Below are positions 11,411 to 20,735 of a DNA stretch of 64,000 nt, piece by piece. This DNA comes from an uncultured Acidobacteriota bacterium (GTDB lineage: Bacteria > Acidobacteriota > Terriglobia > Acidiferrales > UBA7541): NCBI GenBank assembly GCA_963719845.1, contig CAVRDM010000016.1:14654-78653 (forward strand), in the 5' to 3' direction. The first letter of the stretch is position 1, and the number at the start of each line of letters is the position of its first letter. The position numbers and the translations under genes were made by a program. The notes under the pieces were generated by a model. That model had not been told where the DNA came from. It saw nothing but the letters and a program-made list of their open reading frames with translations, and made no database searches.

Positions 11411-12076
11411 ATGAATAGAATCGCCCCTCAGTCTGTCCTGGTTTTTGTCGCCGGCGTCTCCCACAGGAAACTGTTGTTTGGCTTGTGCCTCCTGCTAGTT
11501 CTAATTGGTATTGCCGCCGTTCGAGAAGCTCGCGAGGCCTTTTGGGCCCCTACTCGCTCCCAGGATATGGCCCCAGCGTCTTCTGCCATGAGCCCTGCGC
11601 GGCTGCTAATCGTCTACGCGCTGGGGGCCGCGATTGTGGGCGGATCGCTTTTTTCTTGGGTGAAGGACACGGAATACTGGCCTTTCTCTCCGTATCCGAT
11701 GTTTTCTATGCTGTCCCCCCGCACCGACTTTCTGTTTACGACCCTGCGGCTATATGGGGTGACGCAAGAGCAGCCGTTTTCGGAATTTCCACTCGACGAG
11801 AACGAGTACCTCGAACCATTCGACAACTCGAGATTGCCTACCGCTTTTGCCCCGGCGGTTCTCGAAAATCGGATGACACCTCTGTTGAAAGATTGTCTGG
11901 AACGCTATGAATCCCTGCGTGTCTCGGGTATTCACCAAGGGCCCGCGATCCAAGCGCTCCGGCTCTATCGTGTCACCTGGCACTTGAATGCCCAAGCGAG
12001 TAACGTGAGAACCCCGGACCACAAAGAACTGCTGGCCGAATTTTCCGAAGCCGAAACGAAAGGGCAACCGCGGTAA
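11411..12076 (+). CDS. Hypothetical membrane protein, translationally coupled to the HTTM-DCC gene
   Basis: 221-aa ORF with an N-terminal TM helix (LLFGLCLLLVLIGIAAV) and a second hydrophobic segment. Its stop overlaps the next start (TAATG at 12074..12078). No family recognised. Confidence 0.5.
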   Translation: MNRIAPQSVLVFVAGVSHRKLLFGLCLLLVLIGIAAVREAREAFWAPTRSQDMAPASSAMSPARLLIVYALGAAIVGGSLFSWVKDTEYWPFSPYPMFSMLSPRTDFLFTTLRLYGVTQEQPFSEFPLDENEYLEPFDNSRLPTAFAPAVLENRMTPLLKDCLERYESLRVSGIHQGPAIQALRLYRVTWHLNAQASNVRTPDHKELLAEFSEAETKGQPR

Positions 12077-13389
12077 TGAAATCGCTAGGCCAGTATTGGA
12101 ATCGGTTCTGGTTCGAGCCTGCATCGGCAGACAATCTGGGGCTGTGCCGCATTATTTTGTACGGCTCGATGTTTCTCTTCTACGTTCTGAGCCCTCTGCT
12201 GTTCAAGTCCTGGGGCTGGCACGAGAATTTCACTCTGTGGGGTAAGGTTTCCAGCGCTTTCTGGAACCCGGTTTGGCTTTTCGCGGTGCTGCATCTGCCA
12301 CAGCTTTCGACGGTTCCTCTGATTGTCATGCAATCGGTCTGGCGGGCGGCCCTATTTCTGAGCTGCGTTGGATTGTTTACGCGAGTGAGCACGGCGTTAT
12401 CATTCATTCTTGGCGCTTACTTGCTCGGGTTGTCGAACAACTTTGGCAAAATTCACCATCTCGATCAACTCCTCTTATTTGCGTTTATGGTGATGGCTTT
12501 TTCCCGATGTGGCGATGCCTGGTCGGTCGATGCATTAATCCGTAAGGCCCAAACTAGAACTCCAGAGGCGCTGGACTTGGCGCCCAGCGGCGAATACACG
12601 TGGCCAGTGCATCTGATCTGGGCCATTTCGGCCATGGTCTATGTCGAGGCAGGCGCCTCCAAGTTGCGGCACTCTGGGATTGCGTGGATCACCACTGCGA
12701 CGATGCAGAACTATTTGCTGCAGGGTTATTATCATGTCTCGGACTCGGAACCGCTGACGACCTGGGGCCTGTTTTTCGCCCGCACTCACTGGCTCGCCAG
12801 CGCTTTGGCGGCTACCTCCATACTGTTTGAGGTCGGTATTGTGGTCGCGCTGTTCAGCCGCAAGTCGCGTTGGATATTGGTACCGGGTGTAGTGGGCATG
12901 CAAGCGAGCATAGCGCTGTTCATGGGCCCTAACTTCTATCAGATGATCTTTTGCCAGGCGCTCTGGGTGCCTTGGGACTGGGTGGTGGAAAAGCTTGTAG
13001 CCCGCTTTGGCGGTCCAAAAACTTATGCGGTAGCCTTCGACGGGGCCTGTGGCCAATGCCAGCGGACTATCAATATCCTCAAGAGTCTGGATCTACTGCA
13101 TCGCGTGGAATTCCTCAGTACCGTGAAGCAATGGCCGGATATCGAAAAGCAATTCCCCGGATTGGATCACGAACGCGCCCATACCGAGATGCACGTCCGA
13201 ACCCCGCATGGGCGAATCAAAACGGGCTTTTACGGCTACCGCTCACTGGCATGGGCCCTGCCGTTAGGTTGGCTTGCGTTGCCTGTCCTGTATTTTCCCG
13301 GTGTCGCTTGGGCCGGGTCTTACGTCTACGGCGCCGTGGCTTCGCGGCGCAACAGCAACGTCTGCGAATTGCCGGTGCTGCGGCCCTGA
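12076..13389 (+). CDS. HTTM-domain (vitamin K-dependent gamma-carboxylase-like) polytopic membrane protein fused to a DCC1-like thiol-disulfide oxidoreductase (DUF393) domain
   Basis: 437 aa. HTTM-like N-terminus WNRFWFEPASADNLGLCRIILYG followed by about 8 helices. The C-terminal ~120 aa carry the DCC/DUF393 signature YAVAFDGACGQCQRTINILKSLDLLHRVEF (CxxC). Confidence 0.7.
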   Translation: MKSLGQYWNRFWFEPASADNLGLCRIILYGSMFLFYVLSPLLFKSWGWHENFTLWGKVSSAFWNPVWLFAVLHLPQLSTVPLIVMQSVWRAALFLSCVGLFTRVSTALSFILGAYLLGLSNNFGKIHHLDQLLLFAFMVMAFSRCGDAWSVDALIRKAQTRTPEALDLAPSGEYTWPVHLIWAISAMVYVEAGASKLRHSGIAWITTATMQNYLLQGYYHVSDSEPLTTWGLFFARTHWLASALAATSILFEVGIVVALFSRKSRWILVPGVVGMQASIALFMGPNFYQMIFCQALWVPWDWVVEKLVARFGGPKTYAVAFDGACGQCQRTINILKSLDLLHRVEFLSTVKQWPDIEKQFPGLDHERAHTEMHVRTPHGRIKTGFYGYRSLAWALPLGWLALPVLYFPGVAWAGSYVYGAVASRRNSNVCELPVLRP

Positions 13390-13496
13390 AAAAAGATAAT
13401 GCTCACATGCGGATCGGGCCACCCGAGTCACGCAGCCTCACAAGCCCAATCTTGCATTGTGCTTTTCAGCTTAGCAGGGATGACGGGAGTATTGGG

Positions 13497-14624
13497 CTAG
13501 TGCTGCGTGCTGGGGCCGGCAGTACTTGACTTTGATGCACGAGACGAATCAGAAAAATTAAATTCTCCCTCGTGTACGACCCAGGGATCCGCGAATAATT
13601 TAGCGACATTCAAGTGACGGCCAGTGGGCGGATTGGCAAGACCCATGGACCAAAGTGTCCAATGGGAAGACCAAAAAGTAGTCCTGGGCATATTCCGCTT
13701 AATACCGACAATTAGCTGGTAATAGTCTTGCGGACTAAAGCTTGGCTGACCCGGGTCAAGCGGTCCATATTCCGCCAAGCCAAACGGTTTTGAGCGAGCG
13801 ACCTGGTTTGTCAGTTGGTCATAACCATCCATTTTTGGAACTGGCATTCCGTCTATGCGCTGATAAAAATCGAGCGCCGAGACGTCAACATAAGCGTCGC
13901 CCGGATAATAGTCACGATAACGGCCGAAGCCGGAATTGGGCGCCCAGACAAATAGAAGGTTGTGAAGGGCCTTCTTTTGGGTGAGATAATCGAATTCCAT
14001 CCGCCAAAGCTGAACGTATTCGGTAGAAGTTCCCATCGCCCACCAGTACCAATCCCCGTTCATTTCCAGCAGGGGCCGGTAAAGGACCACTACGCCCGAG
14101 TCTTGAAAGGTCCGCAACTGCCGTGCGATGAGATCTAGTTCGGCAAGGTATGCCAAATTGATGGGATCCCCAGGCTTCAAAAGGTGAGTAAATGCAGCAG
14201 CGGAGAAGTTCTTATCTTTTGAGTCGCCTCCCGTTAGGGGATTACTGTGGTGCGCCGAAATCATCACCAGTCCTCCGGCGTTCCAATGGTCAATCAGTTG
14301 CTGCGAGACCTCCGGCGAGATAGCGCCAATCGAGCATCCGCTGGTGCAGCGATTGTCTGCATGCATCAATCCGGGAGCATAACCGGTTTGCCGTATAATG
14401 TCGGTCCACCAATCCGGGAAGTCTGCGCTGCCGGCGTAAAAAATGAGCTGGCCGGAAACTACTCTCTTGCTGTTCTTGTTCGGCAGACTCGCCAAATAGT
14501 TCAAGACTTCTTTTGCGGCATCGGACGCGTGAGGGTCTGCCGGCGTTACTCTATGGACCTGATAAGAAAAACTCGGGGCTGAGGCGATCACTATGAGCAG
14601 TGCTGCAAACAAACAGAACTCCAT
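13497..14624 (-). CDS. Secreted glycoside hydrolase family 26 (beta-mannanase-like)
   Basis: The ORF track gives 13497..14756. The internal ATG at complement(14622..14624) yields a signal peptide MEFCLFAALLIVIASAPSFS. Motifs MISAHHSNP, VVLYRPLLEMNGDWYWW and FVWAPN resemble the GH26 catalytic TIM barrel. Confidence 0.7.
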   Translation of the reverse strand: MEFCLFAALLIVIASAPSFSYQVHRVTPADPHASDAAKEVLNYLASLPNKNSKRVVSGQLIFYAGSADFPDWWTDIIRQTGYAPGLMHADNRCTSGCSIGAISPEVSQQLIDHWNAGGLVMISAHHSNPLTGGDSKDKNFSAAAFTHLLKPGDPINLAYLAELDLIARQLRTFQDSGVVVLYRPLLEMNGDWYWWAMGTSTEYVQLWRMEFDYLTQKKALHNLLFVWAPNSGFGRYRDYYPGDAYVDVSALDFYQRIDGMPVPKMDGYDQLTNQVARSKPFGLAEYGPLDPGQPSFSPQDYYQLIVGIKRNMPRTTFWSSHWTLWSMGLANPPTGRHLNVAKLFADPWVVHEGEFNFSDSSRASKSSTAGPSTQH

Positions 14625-15065
14625 TGCAGTTCTGCAGGGGTCGCGGGTTACATTTTTTTCCACAGGGGGGACCATAACGAACGATATTTCAATGCCGTAT
14701 CCAGCACCAAGCAGCGCGGACGCAAGGTGGCGACGACTATCCCCGCCCCCGATCACGTCCCAACGATTCAGTTATGCTGAGAACTCGTGACGCCCTTGGG
14801 GTGCGATTGGGCTTCTGTTTACTAGATGCTTCGGCGGTTCTGTACGTTGCCGATATCGACACTGAGGGCCCTGTTGCGTGGCACCAATCCTTTGTGTCCA
14901 GGGCAGGGCAAGGGTACGATATGATGCATCAGAGGTTAAAAGTGGAAATTTCCGGTTTGCAGAGTCGCCAGCCGTCTATCCGGCTACTGTCGCCTTTCCA
15001 GTGAGTGTCCGATCCGAGTGTTGGAAAAAGCTAGCTGACCATGTAAGTAAGACCCGAGGGTGGTG

Positions 15066-15758
15066 ATGGACAAGTGCGACGTGTTAGCGCGACTCGCCGA
15101 AGATCGGCCGGAATTCCATTTTATCGATGAAGGAGGCGTGCAACGCGCAGTTAACATTGCAGTTACTCAGGGAGTGCTGAAGTGGATAGCCGATCATTTG
15201 TCCGACGATATGATCACACTGGAAACGGGTGCTGGATATACGACGGTAGTACTCACGGCATTGGGCAAGCACCACTATGTTTGCACACGCTCCCAGCTCG
15301 AAGCGGACAGGATTCGCGGCTACCTGGATAAAATAGGGGTCTCCAATGACAAGCTCACGGCGGTGATTGGATCCACCGACAAAACCTTGCCGAGTTTGGC
15401 ATTCCCTTCGCCGCTCGCTTTCGCTTACATCGACGGTTGCCATGGCTACCCGTTCCCAGCTCTGGACTGGCATTATGTCGACAAGCAACTCAGGGTTGGG
15501 GGCATAATCGGCATGGATAATGCCGAACTTCGGCCTGTGCGGGAACATTGTGAGTTTTTGGAGGAGAACGGTGCGTATAAGTTAAGCGGTGTTGTTCTCG
15601 AATCCGTTTTCGTGCGCTTTTATACGAAGTTGACTGATCAGCTTCGCGAATGGGTTCATCAGCCTTATAGCGTTGCCAAGAAGGACCCTTGTGATTGGCG
15701 ACTGCTCACCCGATTCAAGAGACATGCCAGCAAGTTGATTAAGCCCCACATCTACTAA
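15066..15758 (+). CDS. Class I SAM-dependent methyltransferase (Methyltransf_24-like)
   Basis: The ORF starts at GTG 15060, with an ATG at 15066 (MDKCDVLARL). Motif I-like LETGAGYTTVVL and downstream AYIDGCHGYPF, as in O-methyltransferase/class I folds. Confidence 0.55.
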   Translation: MDKCDVLARLAEDRPEFHFIDEGGVQRAVNIAVTQGVLKWIADHLSDDMITLETGAGYTTVVLTALGKHHYVCTRSQLEADRIRGYLDKIGVSNDKLTAVIGSTDKTLPSLAFPSPLAFAYIDGCHGYPFPALDWHYVDKQLRVGGIIGMDNAELRPVREHCEFLEENGAYKLSGVVLESVFVRFYTKLTDQLREWVHQPYSVAKKDPCDWRLLTRFKRHASKLIKPHIY

Positions 15759-16223
15759 CCTGAATTTCCCTCCCAACCTGGCTCACTCCGTCCAATAAAC
15801 TGTTCGTTTTCTCAAGATACGCAAGAAGGGAATTTGAGGTTGGAGCCAAACGATAGCGAATGCTTAGGCCTGTTCCCTCACGCGGTGTTGAAACACTGTA
15901 AACTTTAGACAAGACGGGCAGTTGGGAAGGCTCCTGGTTACGGTATACTTTCTTGTGAAAAACAACATCATGGGACCCTCCCTGTGCGAGACGACTGATC
16001 GAGCTGGTTTCGTCCGAAGTCCCCAGATAGAGACTTTCCCTTCAATCGCGCGGGCGCCTAAGCACTCTATTCGCGCATTGAGTGGAATTTGGCGTCCAGC
16101 CGCCGCTGGCCGAGCCGCAGGAAACCATTCACGGAAAATCGGCCTGGCAAAAAGACTGCTATTCTCGACGGGGTTTTTACTCCACAGGCACAAGATGCAC
16201 CCCCTAATCGTGTGCTGACGTTT

Positions 16224-17165
16224 ATGCTCACCGTCCTGATGGCTACTCACAACGGTGCTCGAACGCTACCAACGGTGCTCGAGGCGTACTGCCTGTTGGA
16301 AATGCCTCGGGGTGGCTGGAAGGTGGTTATCGTAGATAATGGGAGCACAGATTCCACCCCCAAAGCAGTGTCTAGTTTTGCGCAAAAATTGCCGCTCACA
16401 TACGTGTTTGAACCAAAACGGGGGAAAAATGCCGCTCTCAATACCGGCATAAATCACATTGAAGGGGACTTGATTGTATGTACGGATGACGATGCCGTAC
16501 CCCGGCCGGATTGGCTCGTGCAACTGCGGACAGTCGCCGACGCGCAGCCTTTGTTCTCTATCTTCGGGGGCGTTATCTTACCCAAGTGGGAAATGAATCC
16601 CGAGCCGTGGATTTTAGATTGGGTGCCACTCGACGTCGCCTACGCGCTAACCAATCCAAACTGGCCCGAAGGGCCGATTACCCCCCGCCGCATTTATGAG
16701 CCCAATTCAGCCTACCGAGCCCATATCTTTAAGGCTGGCTACCGATTTGACCCGGCGATTGGGCCCTCGGGTTCAAACTACCCCATGGGAAGCGGGAGCG
16801 AATTTCACGTGCGACTGATCAAAGCCGGATATACCGCTTGGCACTGCAAGCGAGCAGTAGTGGAACACATCGTGCGCAAGTCTCAGATGGAGAAGGATTG
16901 GGTGCTGGGCAGGGCCTTTCGCTATGGCCGGGGCCAATATCGGCAGGAGATTAAGGATACGCTCAAATCGCCCAGGCTCATCTTTGGAGTTCCGAGGTTC
17001 ATCCTCCGTGAAGTCGCGACGCAAGCGCTCCGGGTTGCAAGAACCAGCATCGGCAAGGATAAGGGCAAGCTGTTCACTGAGAGATGGAACTTGAACTTCC
17101 TTGCTGGCCAAGCTTACGAGGCGAGAAGCGTTCATCTCCTTGCCAAATCCTCAACCCCGTCGTAG
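16224..17165 (+). CDS. Glycosyltransferase family 2
   Basis: The ORF track starts at 16089. By comparison with the paralog at 19566, the ATG at 16224 (MLTVLMATHNGARTLP) is the likely start. Contains VIVDNGSTDST and the DxD motif CTDDDAVPRPDWL. Confidence 0.8.
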   Translation: MLTVLMATHNGARTLPTVLEAYCLLEMPRGGWKVVIVDNGSTDSTPKAVSSFAQKLPLTYVFEPKRGKNAALNTGINHIEGDLIVCTDDDAVPRPDWLVQLRTVADAQPLFSIFGGVILPKWEMNPEPWILDWVPLDVAYALTNPNWPEGPITPRRIYEPNSAYRAHIFKAGYRFDPAIGPSGSNYPMGSGSEFHVRLIKAGYTAWHCKRAVVEHIVRKSQMEKDWVLGRAFRYGRGQYRQEIKDTLKSPRLIFGVPRFILREVATQALRVARTSIGKDKGKLFTERWNLNFLAGQAYEARSVHLLAKSSTPS

Positions 17166-17262
17166 TAAATATTTCTTGCGGTAGAAGAAATCGTTCGTAA
17201 TTCCGTTTGCAGCTCAACGGAAATATTTTGACGGACCAAAGTTGAGGGCCGAAGAGGGAAAG

Positions 17263-19503
17263 ATGGGAAGGCTCAAATTGGCGGTCGTCGGTTGCGGTGC
17301 TGTAACTGAGTTCTCATATCTGCCCGCTATAGCGCATTCGGAGGGCGTCGAACTGATTGCGTTGGTGGACAAATCCCTCTCTCGAGCTCGCCAGTTGAGC
17401 GCTCAGTGCTCGGGAGAGCCCGCTGTCTTCGATGATTACCGGCAGATCTTGGGCAAGGCGGAAGCGGCCGTAGTCGCCCTCCCCAATGCGCTGCACGCGG
17501 CAATCACTATTGATCTGCTCGAACAAGGACTGCATGTGCTGGTGGAAAAGCCCATGGCCTTAAACAGCCGCGAGTGTGATGCAATGCTTTCGGCTTCGGC
17601 CAAACATGACAGGATACTGGCGGTGGGGATGGCGCGTCGTTTTTGCGAAGCTTCGAAGTTCGTTAAGGAAGCGATCCAACAAGAGTTGCTGGGAGAGATA
17701 CGACATTTTGATCTGCGAGAAGGCAGAATTTTCGATTGGAAAATTGCCTCCGACGCCATGTTTCGAAAAAACATGACGGGCGGGGGTGTGCTCATGGATA
17801 TTGGGGTACACGCCCTTGATCTCTTGCTTTGGTGGTTCGGCGAGTGCGAATTAGTAAGCTACCGCGACGATTCCGAAGGAGGGTTGGAAACCGACTGCGA
17901 AGTCCACTTGCGTTTTCAAAACGGCATGACGGGAATTGTCGAGCTGAGCCGCACCAGGAACTTGAGAAACACTTGCATAATTGAAGGGGACCGCGGAACG
18001 CTCACTGTCGAAGCCGGCTTTGGTTCTAAGTTGGACCTGGCACTGCGAGGCGGCCATGGTGCCCTTTCGGGGCGGGCTACTCCGTCGGGATCTAATGAGC
18101 AGCCCGTGCAGCAGGCTTTTCGCCGGCAAATCGAAAACTTCGCGAGTGCCATCCGCGACGGTGTCGCACCCTTCGTGCCCGGTTACGAGGGAAAGCGAGC
18201 CGTCCAGGCTATTGAAACGTGTTATGCCCTCAGGCAACCTCTCTCCGGATGGGACATCGGCGAAAAAACCCGAAGGCAATTGTCGGTAAACCAGCGAGCG
18301 AACCTGTCGGGCAAGCGAGTGCTCGTGACCGGCGGAACCGGTTTCATCGGAGGCTGTCTGGTCGAGAGACTAGTTTTGGATTGTAAGGCCCAGGTCCGTG
18401 TCCTGATACGTAACTTCTCGCACGCGGCCGGTATCGCCCGTTTTCCGGTGGAAATGATCGCCGGCGATGTTACGGACGCGGCCGCAGTCGCCCGTGTAAC
18501 CGAAGGGTGCGACATCGTTTTCCACTGCGCCTACGGACCCTTTGGCACCGAAGAGGAGCAACGACGCATCAACATCGAAGGTACGCGGAACGTCTTGGAA
18601 GCTGCGGCACAACAGAAGGTTGAACGAGTGGTCCATCTGAGCACTTTGATGGTTTACGGGATCCCGAAAGCTGGCGATTTCGACGAATCTGCGCCACGGC
18701 AGCATATGGATTTGTTATATGCGGATAGTAAGCTCGATGCGGAAAAGCTTGTGTTTGAATATTACGAAAAACGCGGCGTCCCCGTCTGCGTCATTCAACC
18801 AACCAGTGTATACGGCCCCTACTCGACTTGGCACACAGTGGCGATATTGGAAAGCCTGAAATCGACTCGCGTAATTCTGGTGGACGGCGGCGAGGGCTCA
18901 TGCAACCCCGTTTATGTGGATGATGTGGTCAGCGCCATGCTTCTTGCCGCGACCCAAAAGGCCGCTGTGGGAGAAGCATTCCTGATTTCTGGAGAGCGGG
19001 CGATCACCTGGCGGGAATTCTACCAAGCGTACGAGCGCATGTTGGGAAGTTCCTCGAATGTTTCCGCGGTGAGTATGTCGGCCGAGGAAGCCCTGAGATA
19101 CTACAACCAGCAAGAAAAAGGCCGAGGACTCCTTCGGGAGGCGATCACGGTTTTGCGTGATGACTATGACATTCGTGAACGCATTCTGACCACACCAGAG
19201 GTGCGATTTGTTCGCAAAATGGCGCGGCTATTGCTGCCACGACCTTTATGGGAAGCTGCTAAGGAACGTTTCATGGGGCAAAGCAAAGCTTCGACGACGC
19301 AAACACCGTCCGCCGTGCCAGACGGCAGACCTATGCCTGCGGTACCCCCCCCTATGATTCGCTTTTATGCCGCTAAGGGAAGAGTTCGAATCGATAAGGC
19401 GAAAAAGCTGCTGGGTTATGAACCGGATTTCGACTTGCGAGCAGGAATGCAGCGGACCGAGCAATGGGCCCGTTGGGCCGATCTGCTTGGGAGATTGAGG
19501 TAA
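17263..19503 (+). CDS. Two-domain fusion: Gfo/Idh/MocA-family oxidoreductase (N-terminal) plus NAD-dependent epimerase/dehydratase (SDR, C-terminal)
   Basis: The ATG at 17263 (MGRLKLAVVGCGAV) is preceded by GAAGAGGGAAAG. The N-terminal ~340 aa carry Gfo/Idh/MocA motifs (VVALPNALHA, VLVEKPMA). The C-terminal ~400 aa start with the SDR Rossmann motif VLVTGGTGFIGGCLVERL, followed by YADSKLDAEK (YxxxK). Confidence 0.8.
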   Translation: MGRLKLAVVGCGAVTEFSYLPAIAHSEGVELIALVDKSLSRARQLSAQCSGEPAVFDDYRQILGKAEAAVVALPNALHAAITIDLLEQGLHVLVEKPMALNSRECDAMLSASAKHDRILAVGMARRFCEASKFVKEAIQQELLGEIRHFDLREGRIFDWKIASDAMFRKNMTGGGVLMDIGVHALDLLLWWFGECELVSYRDDSEGGLETDCEVHLRFQNGMTGIVELSRTRNLRNTCIIEGDRGTLTVEAGFGSKLDLALRGGHGALSGRATPSGSNEQPVQQAFRRQIENFASAIRDGVAPFVPGYEGKRAVQAIETCYALRQPLSGWDIGEKTRRQLSVNQRANLSGKRVLVTGGTGFIGGCLVERLVLDCKAQVRVLIRNFSHAAGIARFPVEMIAGDVTDAAAVARVTEGCDIVFHCAYGPFGTEEEQRRINIEGTRNVLEAAAQQKVERVVHLSTLMVYGIPKAGDFDESAPRQHMDLLYADSKLDAEKLVFEYYEKRGVPVCVIQPTSVYGPYSTWHTVAILESLKSTRVILVDGGEGSCNPVYVDDVVSAMLLAATQKAAVGEAFLISGERAITWREFYQAYERMLGSSSNVSAVSMSAEEALRYYNQQEKGRGLLREAITVLRDDYDIRERILTTPEVRFVRKMARLLLPRPLWEAAKERFMGQSKASTTQTPSAVPDGRPMPAVPPPMIRFYAAKGRVRIDKAKKLLGYEPDFDLRAGMQRTEQWARWADLLGRLR

Positions 19504-19565
19504 GCTCTGCACTTGGGCATAAGGTTATGATGATAGAGTGCTTACCTGGCCGGTACTGAAATCAG

Positions 19566-20495
19566 ATGCTGACGGTTGTCATGGCGACACATAACGGTGC
19601 CAAGACATTGCCGGAAGTCTTGAAGACTTTTTCTACGCTCGATGCGCCCAGCGGCGGATGGAAGCTGGCCATCGTAAATAACGGAAGCACAGATCACACC
19701 AGAGAAATAATTGACTCCTTTAAATCAACTCTGCCTCTGACGTACGTTTTCGAGCCGGTCGTGGGAAAAAGTGCCGCGTTAAATACCGGCTTGCTCAACG
19801 TAACCGGGGATCTTGTCGTGTTTACCGATGATGATGTTTTGCCAAGGCCGGATTGGCTGGTGCAAATGCGTGCCAGTGCCGACTCGCAGCCCTCATTTTC
19901 ACTTTTTGGTGGTTGTATCGTCCCGCGCTGGGAAAGTCCGCCCGAGGATTGGATTTTGGAAATCGACGGCTCAATATTGGCAATCACAAATCCCGCCTGG
20001 GAAGAAGGTCCCATCCCCGCCCCCCGGTTATTTGGGCCGAACATGGCGGTTCGTTCTCAGGTTATTGCGGCTGGCTTTCGATTCGATTCCTCACTGGGCC
20101 CGGTCGGTACGCGTTATCAGATGGGTGAAGACACCGACTTCGTTCAAAGGATTGGGCACGCGGGTTTTAAGGCCTGGTATTGCAAGCGTGCCGTAGTGGC
20201 GCACATGATTCGAAGCGACCAGATGACCAGGGACTGGGTGCTCCGTAGAGCGTTCCCGTCAGGTCGCGTAAGTTATTGGCGAGAGTTTAGAGATTCGCCC
20301 ACCTCTCCAGTGCTCTTGTTTGGAATGCCTAGGTATATGATTCGCGAGATACTGACGCAAGCTATTCGCTTGGGACGTGCGAAACTCAGCCAAAATGCAG
20401 CAACAGTTTTCAAAGAACGGTGGCGATGGCATTACTTGATAGGGCGCGCAGTGGAGAGCCGCGCCATACACAAGACAAAGGCCGAAGATTTCTGA
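19566..20495 (+). CDS. Glycosyltransferase family 2, paralog of 16224..17165
   Basis: 309 aa, colinear with the upstream GT2 and roughly half of residues identical by eye: MLTVVMATHNGAKTLP, IVNNGSTDHT, FTDDDVLPRPDWLVQ, AWYCKRAVVAH. Confidence 0.8.
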   Translation: MLTVVMATHNGAKTLPEVLKTFSTLDAPSGGWKLAIVNNGSTDHTREIIDSFKSTLPLTYVFEPVVGKSAALNTGLLNVTGDLVVFTDDDVLPRPDWLVQMRASADSQPSFSLFGGCIVPRWESPPEDWILEIDGSILAITNPAWEEGPIPAPRLFGPNMAVRSQVIAAGFRFDSSLGPVGTRYQMGEDTDFVQRIGHAGFKAWYCKRAVVAHMIRSDQMTRDWVLRRAFPSGRVSYWREFRDSPTSPVLLFGMPRYMIREILTQAIRLGRAKLSQNAATVFKERWRWHYLIGRAVESRAIHKTKAEDF

Positions 20496-20735
20496 CTTGC
20501 TTAGCCCGATCAACCACTTGAGATCGGTGCCCGAGAGCGAACATAAAGTGCTGTAGCCAAGTTAGCGCCTGTTTCCATAACTTTGCAACCCTTGCGAAAA
20601 GAAAACTTTATTGCTTGGACACTTTGGTGTAAGGCAGACACAGGTTGGCCTCGCTTCTATTGACCCAAGGCTGCTATTGCCGCACACTACTTCGTGCCTG
20701 CTCTTATGTATTTGTCTTTGCCCATCCGAGACTGA

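Noticed and set aside
12216-12232. Sigma-54 promoter search (TGGCAC-N5-TTGC). The best partial match is TGGCACGAGAATTTCAC.
   Set aside because: It lies inside the HTTM gene and has TTTC instead of TTGC. I found no clean -24/-12 element by eye upstream of any operon, including those next to the bEBP-like regulator.
16089-16223. N-terminal 45-codon extension of the first GT2 gene, and similar upstream extensions at 31206, 62185, 41125, 14756, 59600 and 34051.
   Set aside because: Internal starts give proper signal peptides, match the paralog N-terminus, or remove overlaps with upstream genes. The extensions are Arg/Pro-rich read-through of intergenic or neighbouring sequence.
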